IMG/VR virus record: IMGVR_UViG_3300046167_000884
Coordinates: 1 to 64,000 of that record
DNA: 64,000 nucleotides
Reading direction: 5' to 3' (one strand)
From: a virus
In this document: positions 1 through 8,415 of the stretch, piece by piece
Position numbering within the stretch: position 1 is the stretch's first letter
Layout: every line of letters starts with the position of its first letter
Made by a program: the position numbers and the translations under genes
The notes under the pieces: model-generated
Databases searched by the model: none
Seen by the model: the letters and a program-made list of their open reading frames with translations, nothing else
Told to the model about the DNA's origin: nothing

Positions 1-1
1 A

Positions 2-316
2 TATGACCACAATTTAGATATTGTAAGCGGGGTATATAGAAAATCGGATGACCTATTTGCATGTTGTAAATTAGACGGAAAAACATTAACAACAGAAGAT
101 AAAATAGTGGAGGGTGTAAGTGAAGTAATGGCTAATGGGTTTGGATTCATGTTAGTTAAAGCAGAAGTATTTGATCGTATAGATAAACCATTTGAATACT
201 TAAGTGAGGACCAATGGGAAGATTTTGGGTTTGCAAATAAAGCAAGACAATTAGGATATAAAGTAAATATAGATTCAAATGTCGTGGTTGGGCACGAAAA
301 AAGTCGTATATTATGA
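2..316 (+). CDS. Glycosyltransferase family 2-like protein, C-terminal part (5' end outside window)
   Basis: Frame is open from base 2 (YDHNLDIVSGVY...). It contains GFGFMLVKAEVF and EDFGFANKARQLGYKVNIDSNVVVGH, which are typical GT-A/GT2 C-terminal motifs. Confidence 0.7.
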   Translation, partial: YDHNLDIVSGVYRKSDDLFACCKLDGKTLTTEDKIVEGVSEVMANGFGFMLVKAEVFDRIDKPFEYLSEDQWEDFGFANKARQLGYKVNIDSNVVVGHEKSRIL

Positions 317-420
317 TTAACATAGGTAAAGAATGGAGATGGATGGATGATGAGTTGTTAGAACAAGGCGTAGATGATTTAATATCAACAGAAAAACCAA
401 GCGGAGCAGTAGAAGATTAA
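313..420 (+). CDS. Small hypothetical protein, 35 aa (MINIGKEWRWMDDELLEQ...)
   Basis: ATGA start/stop overlap with the upstream gene; below the ORF-track cutoff; translated by hand. Confidence 0.5.
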   Translation: MINIGKEWRWMDDELLEQGVDDLISTEKPSGAVED

Positions 421-421
421 T

Positions 422-565
422 ATGAGAAAAAAACGAGCATATTGGGGTTGCGAAATGGAATCACCAATTTATAGACAAGTAGCAGCAGAAATGCAAGCGA
501 AAAGGGAAGGTAAAACAGTAATAAACGAACATAAAACAAAAAGAGGCAAACGAAGCTCTTCATAA
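422..565 (+). CDS. Small basic hypothetical protein, 47 aa (MRKKRAYWGCEMESP...)
   Basis: Starts 1 nt after the previous stop; translated by hand. Confidence 0.5.
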   Translation: MRKKRAYWGCEMESPIYRQVAAEMQAKREGKTVINEHKTKRGKRSSS

Positions 566-602
566 CACACCACAATTAACTCATACGTATATACAAAATA
601 AC

Positions 603-746
603 ATGGCTAGACCATTCATTAAATGTAGTAGATGTGATGAGACGTTCTCAAGTGGATGGGATTATAGATGGCACTTTGACATTCATATGGATGAATGGTG
701 GGAATCAGAAGATAAAATGGAATATATAAAAAAAACAACACAATGA
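603..746 (+). CDS. 47-aa protein with a single classical C2H2 zinc finger
   Basis: MARPFIKCSRCDETFSSGWDYRWHFDIHMDEWW... matches C-x2-C-x3-F-x5-(hydrophobic)-x2-H-x3-H. Confidence 0.65.
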   Translation: MARPFIKCSRCDETFSSGWDYRWHFDIHMDEWWESEDKMEYIKKTTQ

Positions 747-856
747 AGATAGTAATAGCGGCAATAATGTTTTTAGCACTTTGGGGTTGGATAGGTTATG
801 AAATATATAATGCTCCCGAGTTTGATGATAATGAAAATCCAATAGATAAAAAATAA
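743..856 (+). CDS. 37-aa single-pass membrane microprotein
   Basis: MKIVIAAIMFLALWGWIGYEIY...; ATGA overlap upstream and TAATG overlap downstream. Confidence 0.55.
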   Translation: MKIVIAAIMFLALWGWIGYEIYNAPEFDDNENPIDKK

Positions 857-1053
857 TGGCATGCTCAAGACATGACATTGAGGAAGAATATGTGTTTGAG
901 TTTAAAGGTAAACGATATGAATGCATAGGTGAGAATAGAGAATTTGATATTGAACAATTTAGATTTGCCATTGATGATAATCAGTGGACAGCAGTTAAAA
1001 ACCGAATAATAAATCAACTTAAATGGGGTCCAAATATAAGAGAAATCAATTAA
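856..1053 (+). CDS. Hypothetical protein, 65 aa
   Basis: ORF track; translationally coupled to the upstream gene. Confidence 0.6.
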   Translation: MACSRHDIEEEYVFEFKGKRYECIGENREFDIEQFRFAIDDNQWTAVKNRIINQLKWGPNIREIN

Positions 1054-1370
1054 ATCATTGTACGTGGTGTGGCAAGAATACTTGGATGGAGAAAATGCTA
1101 TTACCAGAAACACCCATATTGGAGTTTATGGAGGAGAAAATTGACAAACATGGCAGACAAAGAATATGGGGTGAAGATGGTGATTGGTCAATGGAGGATT
1201 TGGATTCGGATTTTGAAGCCGAGTTATTGGTGTATGATGAGATGTTGAATACGGTTTCAAATAAAGTGGTTTGTATATCATGTTTAAAGCATGATGATGA
1301 CTTATGGGAAAAATATTATAATAATGGTTTTGATGATGATACCGAAATTAGATTTGATGCGGATTTTTAA
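1023..1370 (+). CDS. Hypothetical acidic protein with two CxxC pairs (possible Zn-binding); start uncertain
   Basis: HCTWCGK and VCISCLKH motifs. Confidence 0.55.
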   Translation: MGSKYKRNQLNHCTWCGKNTWMEKMLLPETPILEFMEEKIDKHGRQRIWGEDGDWSMEDLDSDFEAELLVYDEMLNTVSNKVVCISCLKHDDDLWEKYYNNGFDDDTEIRFDADF

Positions 1371-1446
1371 ACGTGGTTGGAGATTATGGGCTAAAGCTTT
1401 AGGCGAGAAACAAGGCAATAGCAGAGAAGGCAGATAAAATAGCGCT

Positions 1447-1692
1447 ATGGAGGACAATAATAATCATTCAGGCGATAATAACGAACATATTAATATCAAT
1501 AAACATAATAATGACATGGCTGAAATAAATAAATACCGACTTAGGTATACTGAATTAATCGATGAGGAAACAGAGCGCGATGGCGAGATGATTATTGAGA
1601 CGAAAAATATTGAATATTCGTTGGAGCGATTGATGACGAGTAAGCATATAATAAAAATGGATACAAAACAATTAAATATAATTAAACAATAA
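1447..1692 (+). CDS. Hypothetical protein, 81 aa
   Basis: ORF track; same strand as its neighbours. Confidence 0.45.
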   Translation: MEDNNNHSGDNNEHININKHNNDMAEINKYRLRYTELIDEETERDGEMIIETKNIEYSLERLMTSKHIIKMDTKQLNIIKQ

Positions 1693-1697
1693 ACAAC

Positions 1698-1856
1698 ATG
1701 AGTAAAAACAGTCACAAAGCATTGTACACACAATTAATGGAGTGGTTACCTACATTAAGTAGTAAACGTAAAAAACCGGTTAAACGAGGTAATACACAAC
1801 CTAGGTTTACCAATTATGACATTAAAATAAAAAACGGACCAAATGCGAGGCGATAA
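1698..1856 (+). CDS. Small basic hypothetical protein, 52 aa (MSKNSHKALYTQLMEWLP...)
   Basis: Hand-translated; A-rich start context. Confidence 0.5.
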   Translation: MSKNSHKALYTQLMEWLPTLSSKRKKPVKRGNTQPRFTNYDIKIKNGPNARR

Positions 1857-1989
1857 TAGACAATTGGGTAAACAAGTAGCGGGATTAGTAGGTGATACTA
1901 TAATGGCTTTGATTGTTGGTATGTTAGGGGTGGTTGCTTTATTTGGTATAGTGAGCTCTATTTGGTATATCATTAATGAATGGTTGTAA
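1843..1989 (+). CDS. 48-aa membrane microprotein
   Basis: MRGDNRQLGKQVAGLVGDTIMALIVGMLGVVALFGIVSSIWYII...; one long hydrophobic segment. Confidence 0.5.
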   Translation: MRGDNRQLGKQVAGLVGDTIMALIVGMLGVVALFGIVSSIWYIINEWL

Positions 1990-2395
1990 CATATGAGATA
2001 ACTACTGATGTAAGAACAACATGAATGTTGTTTTGTTATTAGGTTATGTTGAAAATCATTCAACATATGACTAACCATGTACAAAATGTGGAATACAAAT
2101 ATTATGATATTTAAATGTCCGTATATTTGGTTATAGTGGGTGACAAATGATTGGTGTGTTGTGTGGAATGGAGATGAGGTGGTATTAACCCCTTTCCAGC
2201 GCGCCCCAACCCTCTTCGACCTACCTTAAAGTATATACGTCGAATTGCAGTATCCACAATTGGCACACGTGTAGATCTTTCTTATTCACAATGATCTGGC
2301 ATTAAAAATGGGCATGTGACAAAGCCAAATGTATTTACATATGTTTACGAACAAAATACTGTTCATAAATGTTCACAACGATAATTGCGTTTAAA

Positions 2396-2428
2396 TTTGG
2401 ATACGTGGGATAGGGGTCGTATATTTAC
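2396..2428 (+). promoter_or_regulatory. Early (host sigma-A type) promoter, Bacteroidota-like
   Basis: TTTGGATAC-N12-TCGTATATTTAC, with the same spacing as the copies at 5050, 5473 and 46878. Confidence 0.65.
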
Positions 2429-2445
2429 AGGGTAAAATTAAGGTT

Positions 2446-2598
2446 ATGACACAAGCAACAATGCATTCACATTCAGTATTAGAAGAAATAATATACCAAT
2501 TACAAGATAAAGGCGCCATCGTCGATCCTTGTGTTGTAGATGATCTAATCACGTGTATTAAAACACAATCCCGCGTATTAAAACAAATAAAATATTAA
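2446..2598 (+). CDS. Small hypothetical protein, 50 aa (MTQATMHSHSVLEE...)
   Basis: Directly after the promoter and preceded by AAGGTT-ATG like other early genes. Confidence 0.55.
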   Translation: MTQATMHSHSVLEEIIYQLQDKGAIVDPCVVDDLITCIKTQSRVLKQIKY

Positions 2599-2616
2599 TT
2601 TAAATAAATAAAGGTT

Positions 2617-2794
2617 ATGAACAAGTATAATTAAAGGCAGTGAACCAATTCCCAAGTATGTGTTAACAGTTGATATCAATTGTGGCTATGAAAACATATG
2701 GCGTGGTGATGACATTAGCGAGGGTATACATTACAGAGATATCGCAATTAAACATTGGGGCAAAGACGCAGTAGCATTATTGCCAGCCGAATAA
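2617..2794 (+). CDS. Small hypothetical protein, ~58 aa, one apparent +1 indel near 2628
   Basis: AAAGGTT-ATG start; removing one A gives MNKYIKGSEPIPKYVLTVDINCGYENIW... up to TAA at 2792-2794. Confidence 0.4.
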
Positions 2795-3063
2795 CATTAT
2801 AACAAACATATTATTTACCACCGTGGATATAATTCCCGCGGTGGCACTTCTGTACGTGGTACTTACACCCGTGGGTATACTTACGTACTGCATTGGGCAT
2901 ACCGCCATACCGGCGCATATATATGTACATATCCCCATACGCGTTGGTATCCATATAGCGTGTATACGTGAGGGAAAGGGTGTAGACCAATTTATGAATC
3001 GAACACGATCTTACACCCTCGGGTTGTATATACTTATATAATGTATATGTGGATATAATAAGA

Positions 3064-3092
3064 GCCCCCAAATGGGGGCCCTTTTTCCTTTT
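3064..3092 (+). terminator. Intrinsic terminator-like hairpin
   Basis: GCCCCC-AAAT-GGGGGC stem-loop followed by CCTTTTTCCTTTT, at the convergence of + and - genes. Confidence 0.6.
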
Positions 3093-3173
3093 GACATCAA
3101 AATTTTAAAAATAGTAAAATGGCAACCTTCTTTTTTCAAAACTCTTTTAACATCGAGGAAAATATATACTTAT

Positions 3174-3794
3174 CTACATTATACTCCAACCTCTTTCTTC
3201 TGCTATTTCTATAGGGATATAATGACCAAAACTACATAATATTCGAATTCGATCACCAACTACTTTGGACGATCCATGATAATACAACCCTGCTTGGACC
3301 ATCCAGGGTTCATTTTCATTTATGTCAATTTCCCTACCGTCAATTATTGGATTTCCTCCTGCTTCCGATTGTTGAATTAGGATATTAAATCTACAATGAA
3401 GTTTAGTATCTATAAAATATGGGTTAGTAGTATCAACACGCTTTGTAGGATCAGGCCCATCAGTATTCATATTAGGATCCTTATGTAAGTGAGTAATATG
3501 TCCTTCATGGGATGTAACTATCATAAACCCATAATTATCATCAATAGGAGTATCAGGTGGAAGATCATATAACCCAAGTATCACATCTCTTAAATGGAAA
3601 AAATCTTTAAAAGGGAAATTAGCATCCACTAAATCTTGTGGATATAAATCTATATTAGGCCTTGCATTTACTTTTGATTTCTCATCAGTATGGTAGGGTG
3701 TTTCGGTTGAATATATATTTAAATTATCCCCATATAACAACCAATCTAATATGGGTTGTGTATATTTTTTGTCTATAATAACATTACTTCTCAT
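3174..3794 (-). CDS. 2OG-Fe(II) oxygenase / cupin-fold protein
   Basis: HxD motif (HLHKDP), distal His (YYHGSSKV) and terminal Arg strand (RIRILCSFG). Confidence 0.65.
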   Translation of the reverse strand: MRSNVIIDKKYTQPILDWLLYGDNLNIYSTETPYHTDEKSKVNARPNIDLYPQDLVDANFPFKDFFHLRDVILGLYDLPPDTPIDDNYGFMIVTSHEGHITHLHKDPNMNTDGPDPTKRVDTTNPYFIDTKLHCRFNILIQQSEAGGNPIIDGREIDINENEPWMVQAGLYYHGSSKVVGDRIRILCSFGHYIPIEIAEERGWSIM

Positions 3795-4108
3795 TAATAT
3801 CTACTCAAAAAATTTGGGTCTTGCCCCAAGGTTTTTATATTTGTTTTTACTTGTTGTATTTCATTAAATATCTTTCCAAAGTTCCCATCGTTGGTTTGTC
3901 TTGTCAAACTTGCGTTCTCTAGGTTTTTATAAGCCACAGCGTCTAACTCATTTATTCTCCTATTTATTTCAGACAAACTCTCATATTGATCCTTCTCCAT
4001 ATTCGACTGGATATCTTTAACTAATAATTCCAGACCATCTATTGCATCATCTATATCTGCATTTCTAATAGAGGAGATATTTGATTGTAATTGATGTCGC
4101 GTCAGCAA
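3794..4108 (-). CDS. Hypothetical helical protein, 104 aa
   Basis: ORF track; coupled to the oxygenase gene. Confidence 0.55.
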   Translation of the reverse strand: MLTRHQLQSNISSIRNADIDDAIDGLELLVKDIQSNMEKDQYESLSEINRRINELDAVAYKNLENASLTRQTNDGNFGKIFNEIQQVKTNIKTLGQDPNFLSRY

Positions 4109-4205
4109 TTCCGTATGTGAAGATTTAACCGCACGTAATAAAATAATACCGTATACAACCCCAACAGGTTAATATCCCCGAAATAAAATATATTAATTCC
4201 ATAAT

Positions 4206-4215
4206 TTATAAATAT
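4206..4215 (-). promoter_or_regulatory. ATATTTATAA motif (candidate phage-sigma promoter)
   Basis: Reverse complement of TTATAAATAT; overlaps the thioredoxin stop and lies upstream of the 4108 gene. Confidence 0.35.
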
Positions 4216-4524
4216 TCATTTTTAACTATTTTTTCTATATCAAACCATATTGTTTTGTAATCTATCGTTGCTTTATAATACCCATTCTCAAATAATACTA
4301 TCGTTGGATAGTGTGTTATCGTTTTTGGGTATAATTGTATTGACCTTGGACATACATTTACATCAACATATACCATGGATAATAAATCACTAACATTTTT
4401 TAACTTTGGTTTTATTTGTCTACAAGCACCACACTCCTCTAGATCCATAAATTACTAATAATTTTGGAGCTGTTATAAAATTAGAGAGATTATCCCTTGT
4501 GAGTTCAATAAAACTTCCATTCAT
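4206..4524 (-). CDS. Thioredoxin-like protein (CGAC); one apparent indel near 4441
   Basis: An upstream frame (MNGSFIELTRDNLSNFITAPKLLVIYGS) joins EECGACRQIKP...YPTIVLFENG, giving a complete thioredoxin-like fold with the cis-Pro motif. Confidence 0.7.
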
Positions 4525-4527
4525 GGG

Positions 4528-4560
4528 GGTAATATACGAATACCCATCTAAAGTTCCACG
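4528..4560 (-). promoter_or_regulatory. Early promoter variant driving the inverted island
   Basis: Minus strand reads CGTGGAAC...TTCGTATATTAC with the same 20-nt offset, a few nt before the thioredoxin ATG. Confidence 0.55.
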
Positions 4561-4650
4561 CTATTTTCTAAAAAATATGCAAATATGTTGTATATACGGA
4601 TGTATAGATGTGAGTATGTATAAGAGAAAGAGTCGTTTTTCGCCTTTTAT

Positions 4651-4660
4651 ATATTTATAA
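4651..4660 (+). promoter_or_regulatory. ATATTTATAA motif (candidate late promoter)
   Basis: 12 nt upstream of ATG 4673; recurs before many genes. Confidence 0.55.
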
Positions 4661-4672
4661 TAAAACAAGAAA

Positions 4673-5032
4673 ATGGCATCTTACACAGCAGATCAATTAA
4701 ATGGAGAAGGAACACCTATTGAAGCATTAACTGGAGGGGTTTCTTATGTTTTTTCTATTGGAAACACTACTAGTACGGGTTCTGCGTATTTTACTGTAGA
4801 AACCGTTAAAAATTATAGTGGTTCTTATGCTGGGCAGCCTACGAATGCTTTAGGTTTATATTCTTCATTTTCTGATATTGAACAAAATACTTTGGTTACT
4901 TCTTCTTATATTTCTTCTGTAGTTGTTCTTGAGGGTGGAGGAATCTATCAATTTACACCTGATGCTGATATTGCAGTAAGTTCTTCTTATTTAAGGGCTA
5001 CTGGTGGTATGATTTTAGATATTACTGTTTAA
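4673..5032 (+). CDS. Hypothetical Ser/Thr/Gly-rich beta-type protein, possibly virion-associated
   Basis: ORF track; composition resembles the structural module; preceded by ATATTTATAA. Confidence 0.55.
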   Translation: MASYTADQLNGEGTPIEALTGGVSYVFSIGNTTSTGSAYFTVETVKNYSGSYAGQPTNALGLYSSFSDIEQNTLVTSSYISSVVVLEGGGIYQFTPDADIAVSSSYLRATGGMILDITV

Positions 5033-5049
5033 AAGTAATGCGTGGGAGG

Positions 5050-5082
5050 TTTGGCTACCTGGGATATCATTCGTATATTCAC
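5050..5082 (+). promoter_or_regulatory. Early promoter
   Basis: TTTGGCTAC-N12-TCGTATATTCAC; part of a ~55-bp imperfect direct repeat (5028-5082 vs 5451-5505). Confidence 0.7.
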
Positions 5083-5125
5083 CATGTTGTGATAATGAAG
5101 TTGCAACGCTAATTAAATAAAGGTT

Positions 5126-5455
5126 ATGACAAGTACAGATGTTAAAAATTTCAGAAGTGATTTTCAAAATGCAGTTACAGAATTGCAAAAAAAGTATGGT
5201 GTTAATATTAGCACAGGTACTATCCGTTATTCAGATAGTGAATTAAGATTTAAAGTTACTGCTCGTAAAGGTAAAGTTACCCCTAAATTAACAAAAGAAG
5301 CTTTTCAAGTAGGTGATAAAGTTAAAATTAATCATAAAAGTGCTAAAGGTAAAGAATGGTTAGTAGAAAAAATCATGTCTAAAAACATCAGAGTTTCAGA
5401 AATAGGTGGTATTAGTATGGTTAGAGTTTCACCAAGTTTATTAGAAAAGCTTTAA
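5126..5455 (+). CDS. Hypothetical protein with C-terminal SH3/KOW-like module
   Basis: FQVGDKVKINH...WLVEKIMSKNIRV; AAAGGTT-ATG start. Confidence 0.6.
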   Translation: MTSTDVKNFRSDFQNAVTELQKKYGVNISTGTIRYSDSELRFKVTARKGKVTPKLTKEAFQVGDKVKINHKSAKGKEWLVEKIMSKNIRVSEIGGISMVRVSPSLLEKL

Positions 5456-5472
5456 AAGTAATGCACGGGAAG

Positions 5473-5505
5473 CTTGGCTTCCCAGGCAGCCCTTCGTATA
5501 TTCAC
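5473..5505 (+). promoter_or_regulatory. Early promoter
   Basis: CTTGGCTTC-N12-TCGTATATTCAC. Confidence 0.7.
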
Positions 5506-5555
5506 GTGTTCGAATGTTTCGAGCTATTAAAATTAATTAAATTAAAATAAAAGTT

Positions 5556-6359
5556 ATGTTAGATTACACAAGTTCAAATTTCAAAAGTTTAGAAGAGTTA
5601 AAAGAAATCGCTCCTAGTATTTTTACTACAAAGGGTGCAGAAAGTACTTCAGATAAGTACACACACATTCCTACTGATCGAGTTATTACAGATATGGAGT
5701 TACTAGGTTGGAAAGTTGTTGATGCTAAAGAGGTTAAAGCTCGTGAAAATGTTGGTTTCCAAAAGCATTTAGTTGTATTTAGAAATCCTGATGTTGTTAT
5801 TAATGGTGAAGATGGTGATACTGTTTACCCACAAGTATTACTTACCAATTCTCATGATGGTAAAAATTCATTTACCTTTACTGCAGGTTTATTTAGAATG
5901 ATTTGTGAAAATGGATTAGTTGTTGCTGATACTAAGTTTGAAGATTTTAAAGTTAAACATATGGGTTATGATTTTGAAACACTTCAAGATACAATTAAAG
6001 AGATTATTAGTAATCTTGATTTAACTGTTGAATCAATGAATAAAATGAAAGAAACAGAGCTTAATGAAGAGCAAATGTTCAATTTAGCAAAATCATTCCT
6101 TGATATGAGAGTTGAAGGTACAAATAATACTTACAACAAAGATGCAATTACAGAAGTTTTAGATCCTCAACGTTCAGAAGATATGGGGAATGGATTGTGG
6201 GAAGTGTTTAATCGTGTTCAAGAAAACATTATGGAAGGTAATTTTGAATACCTTACAGTTAAAGGAAAACCACGTCAAGCTCGAATTATTAAAAATTTCA
6301 AGCAAGATCAGGACTTGAATAAGAAAATGTTTAGTAAAGCATTAGAATTTGTAGCATAA
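5556..6359 (+). CDS. DUF932/DUF945-family phage/plasmid protein
   Basis: APSIF...SDKYTHIPT, LLTNSHDGKNSFTFTAGLFRMICENGLV and LWEVFNRVQEN are family-typical segments. Confidence 0.8.
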   Translation: MLDYTSSNFKSLEELKEIAPSIFTTKGAESTSDKYTHIPTDRVITDMELLGWKVVDAKEVKARENVGFQKHLVVFRNPDVVINGEDGDTVYPQVLLTNSHDGKNSFTFTAGLFRMICENGLVVADTKFEDFKVKHMGYDFETLQDTIKEIISNLDLTVESMNKMKETELNEEQMFNLAKSFLDMRVEGTNNTYNKDAITEVLDPQRSEDMGNGLWEVFNRVQENIMEGNFEYLTVKGKPRQARIIKNFKQDQDLNKKMFSKALEFVA

Positions 6360-6994
6360 TGAAAAATTTAGTTTACATAACCTTAATAAGTTTCTTCTGG
6401 GCATGTAGCCCAGAGGAGCTTGTTAATAATTACCCATGTATTGGGGGAGATTGTAATGTTGAGTTTACAATAGATTCATTAGTATCACCCGGGGTCTACC
6501 AAGATATTAATGGTTATTGGCATATTTCACATCAAGGGTTTAACTATTTTACAATTAAAGGTAATATTAGTGAATTACACCCTGATTATATTGTTAATGG
6601 GGTACCTTTAGTTGAAACTGTTTTTGATTCGGATTATTGGGTATGGATTGATGGGATTACGTTTACAGTTCCTTTGTACAGTGTGTTAGGTTATTTCACT
6701 AGTGGTGATTATACAACTCCTATACCAGTTGGTAATTTAACATATACTATTGAAGATATGGCTAATAATTACCCACCATTAAATGTTGTTGGGTATTCAG
6801 TTAACCCCCACCAATGTTTTGATTGCCCTTATTCTGAAACGTTGATTGGTACTTATAGTAAATATAATTATAACCCCCAACAACAAATATTTTTTGATAA
6901 CCAAATGGTAGGAGATACAACTAAAGTATTTATAAAAACTAAGTTTCCTAATGATATAGAAGTAGAAAAAGAATTTAAAATTATATTCGAATGA
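6359..6994 (+). CDS. Predicted lipoprotein
   Basis: MKNLVYITLISFFWA-C signal peptide II, followed by an acidic stretch (SPEE). Confidence 0.6.
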   Translation: MKNLVYITLISFFWACSPEELVNNYPCIGGDCNVEFTIDSLVSPGVYQDINGYWHISHQGFNYFTIKGNISELHPDYIVNGVPLVETVFDSDYWVWIDGITFTVPLYSVLGYFTSGDYTTPIPVGNLTYTIEDMANNYPPLNVVGYSVNPHQCFDCPYSETLIGTYSKYNYNPQQQIFFDNQMVGDTTKVFIKTKFPNDIEVEKEFKIIFE

Positions 6995-7467
6995 GTCTAG
7001 ATAAAATTACAGTTAAAGAAGCTAAACAATTTATCCCATTAAAAGAAAATTATGGGAATACGGATTTAGAACATGCTAGATATTTTACCCTAACACCCAG
7101 CGAAAAAGGGGGTGGATGGGAAAATGTAACGTATTATACCGATAAAAAATATGGGTTATATGCGGATAAGGGTGATGGGGATCAATGGGTATATGTTTTA
7201 TCTAACCCAACCCAACCGGGGTTATTAAAAATAGGTTATACTAAAAAATTACCTGAAGAACGAGCTAAACAAATATCATCAGCAACAGGTGTTGCCCTAC
7301 CCTATAAAGTAGAATGGGCATACCAATGTTTTAATGGTGAAATGGTAGAAAGAGAAGTACACCATAAATTAAAAGCACAACGTGTTAATAGTAGTAAAGA
7401 ATTCTTTCAAATAAGTTTGGAAGAGGCAAAAGAAACAATTAACTTAATAGGAAGTAAATTTAAATAA
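6991..7467 (+). CDS. GIY-YIG family T5orf172/MUG113-like domain protein
   Basis: WVYVLSNP...LLKIGYT...ERAKQI...TGVALPY...EREVH...RVN..KEFF. Confidence 0.85.
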   Translation: MSLDKITVKEAKQFIPLKENYGNTDLEHARYFTLTPSEKGGGWENVTYYTDKKYGLYADKGDGDQWVYVLSNPTQPGLLKIGYTKKLPEERAKQISSATGVALPYKVEWAYQCFNGEMVEREVHHKLKAQRVNSSKEFFQISLEEAKETINLIGSKFK

Positions 7468-7468
7468 A

Positions 7469-7660
7469 ATGGAAAAACAAGAATTAAAAGAACAAAAAGC
7501 GGATTTAATTAATGACTTAATTGCAGTTAGTACAGTAATGGATGAATTATGGTGTTATCACCCTGATAATCCTAAGAAAAAGGATGTAATTACCGAATTT
7601 AATACTTTAAAAAATATTCAAAAAGACATTGAGCAAGAAATCGATGAATTAGGTGCATAG
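7469..7660 (+). CDS. Hypothetical protein, 63 aa
   Basis: ORF track; tight packing. Confidence 0.6.
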   Translation: MEKQELKEQKADLINDLIAVSTVMDELWCYHPDNPKKKDVITEFNTLKNIQKDIEQEIDELGA

Positions 7661-7663
7661 CGT

Positions 7664-7673
7664 ATATTTATAA
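7664..7673 (+). promoter_or_regulatory. ATATTTATAA motif
   Basis: 4 nt upstream of ATG 7678. Confidence 0.4.
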
Positions 7674-7677
7674 TTAG

Positions 7678-8102
7678 ATGATAGATAAAGATAAGATATT
7701 CCAATTATTTGTAGACGGTAAATCAATTACTGATGAGAAAACTAAGGATGAAATAAAGGAATTTATGAATGGTCCTTTTGCTAAAATAGGAATGTTTGTC
7801 AAACTAATCCAGAATCACCATGTTTTCCATCAAAAGCTAGAAAAGTTTCTAAAAAAGAACAACCTAATTATAATGTAGAATCTACAAAAGAAGCATCTGA
7901 ATTTACTGTATATAATAGAGCATGGTTTTATATAAAGGATATTAGTTTGGATGACCATGATGATGTAAATGCTATTATAAATTTTGATAATAAAGTATTC
8001 TATAAAGCATTAGACGGTGCAGTTGCATTTTTTGAACAATATGAAGAATATGAAAAATGCGCGCACCTTCATAAAATAAAAGAGGTAGTTAAAGAAATTT
8101 AA
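7678..8102 (+). CDS. Hypothetical protein with C-terminal UVR-like helix pair (FFEQYEEYEKCAHL); homopolymer indel near 7855
   Basis: Adding one A in the poly-A run continues the frame through ...NVESTKEASEFTVYNRAWFY... to TAA at 8100-8102. Confidence 0.6.
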
Positions 8103-8109
8103 AAAATAA

Positions 8110-8142
8110 TTAGGATAAACAAAAAATCCCTCGTACATTAGT
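8110..8142 (+). promoter_or_regulatory. Early promoter variant
   Basis: TTAGGATAA-N12-TCGTACATT, same offset as the consensus copies. Confidence 0.45.
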
Positions 8143-8237
8143 ATTACAGGTTTTGTAAGAAAAGGGAATAAGAAGGGGTTGGAAATAAAGGTAATAAAAG
8201 GGGTTAAGGGATACCCTGTTAATCAATACAATATATT

Positions 8238-8402
8238 ATGAAAAATAAAGATTATGTAATTCAATTACTAGAAAAATTAGAGGGTAAATTTGCCCAATTA
8301 GATTTTATCACCACCAGACAAGAACCATTAGAAACTTATAGAAAGGTACTTAATGAGGGTAAAGATATTATAGCAGATGTAAAAACAGCAATTGAAAGAT
8401 AA
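8238..8402 (+). CDS. Small hypothetical protein, 54 aa (MKNKDYVIQLLEKLEGKFAQLDF...)
   Basis: Hand-translated; fills the gap before the HD gene. Confidence 0.55.
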   Translation: MKNKDYVIQLLEKLEGKFAQLDFITTRQEPLETYRKVLNEGKDIIADVKTAIER

Positions 8403-8415
8403 ATAAATTAAGGTT

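Noticed and set aside
2250-3056. DnaA-box-like 9-mers (GTATCCACA 2250, TTATTCACA 2282, TGTGGATAT 3048)
   Set aside because: Only one fits the relaxed consensus, they are widely spaced, and such matches are expected by chance in AT-rich DNA; not enough to call an origin.
2811-3071. Overlapping ORFs 2811-3071 (-) and 2823-3041 (+)
   Set aside because: Atypical composition, no start signal like neighbouring genes, and both arise from a palindromic GC-elevated tract.
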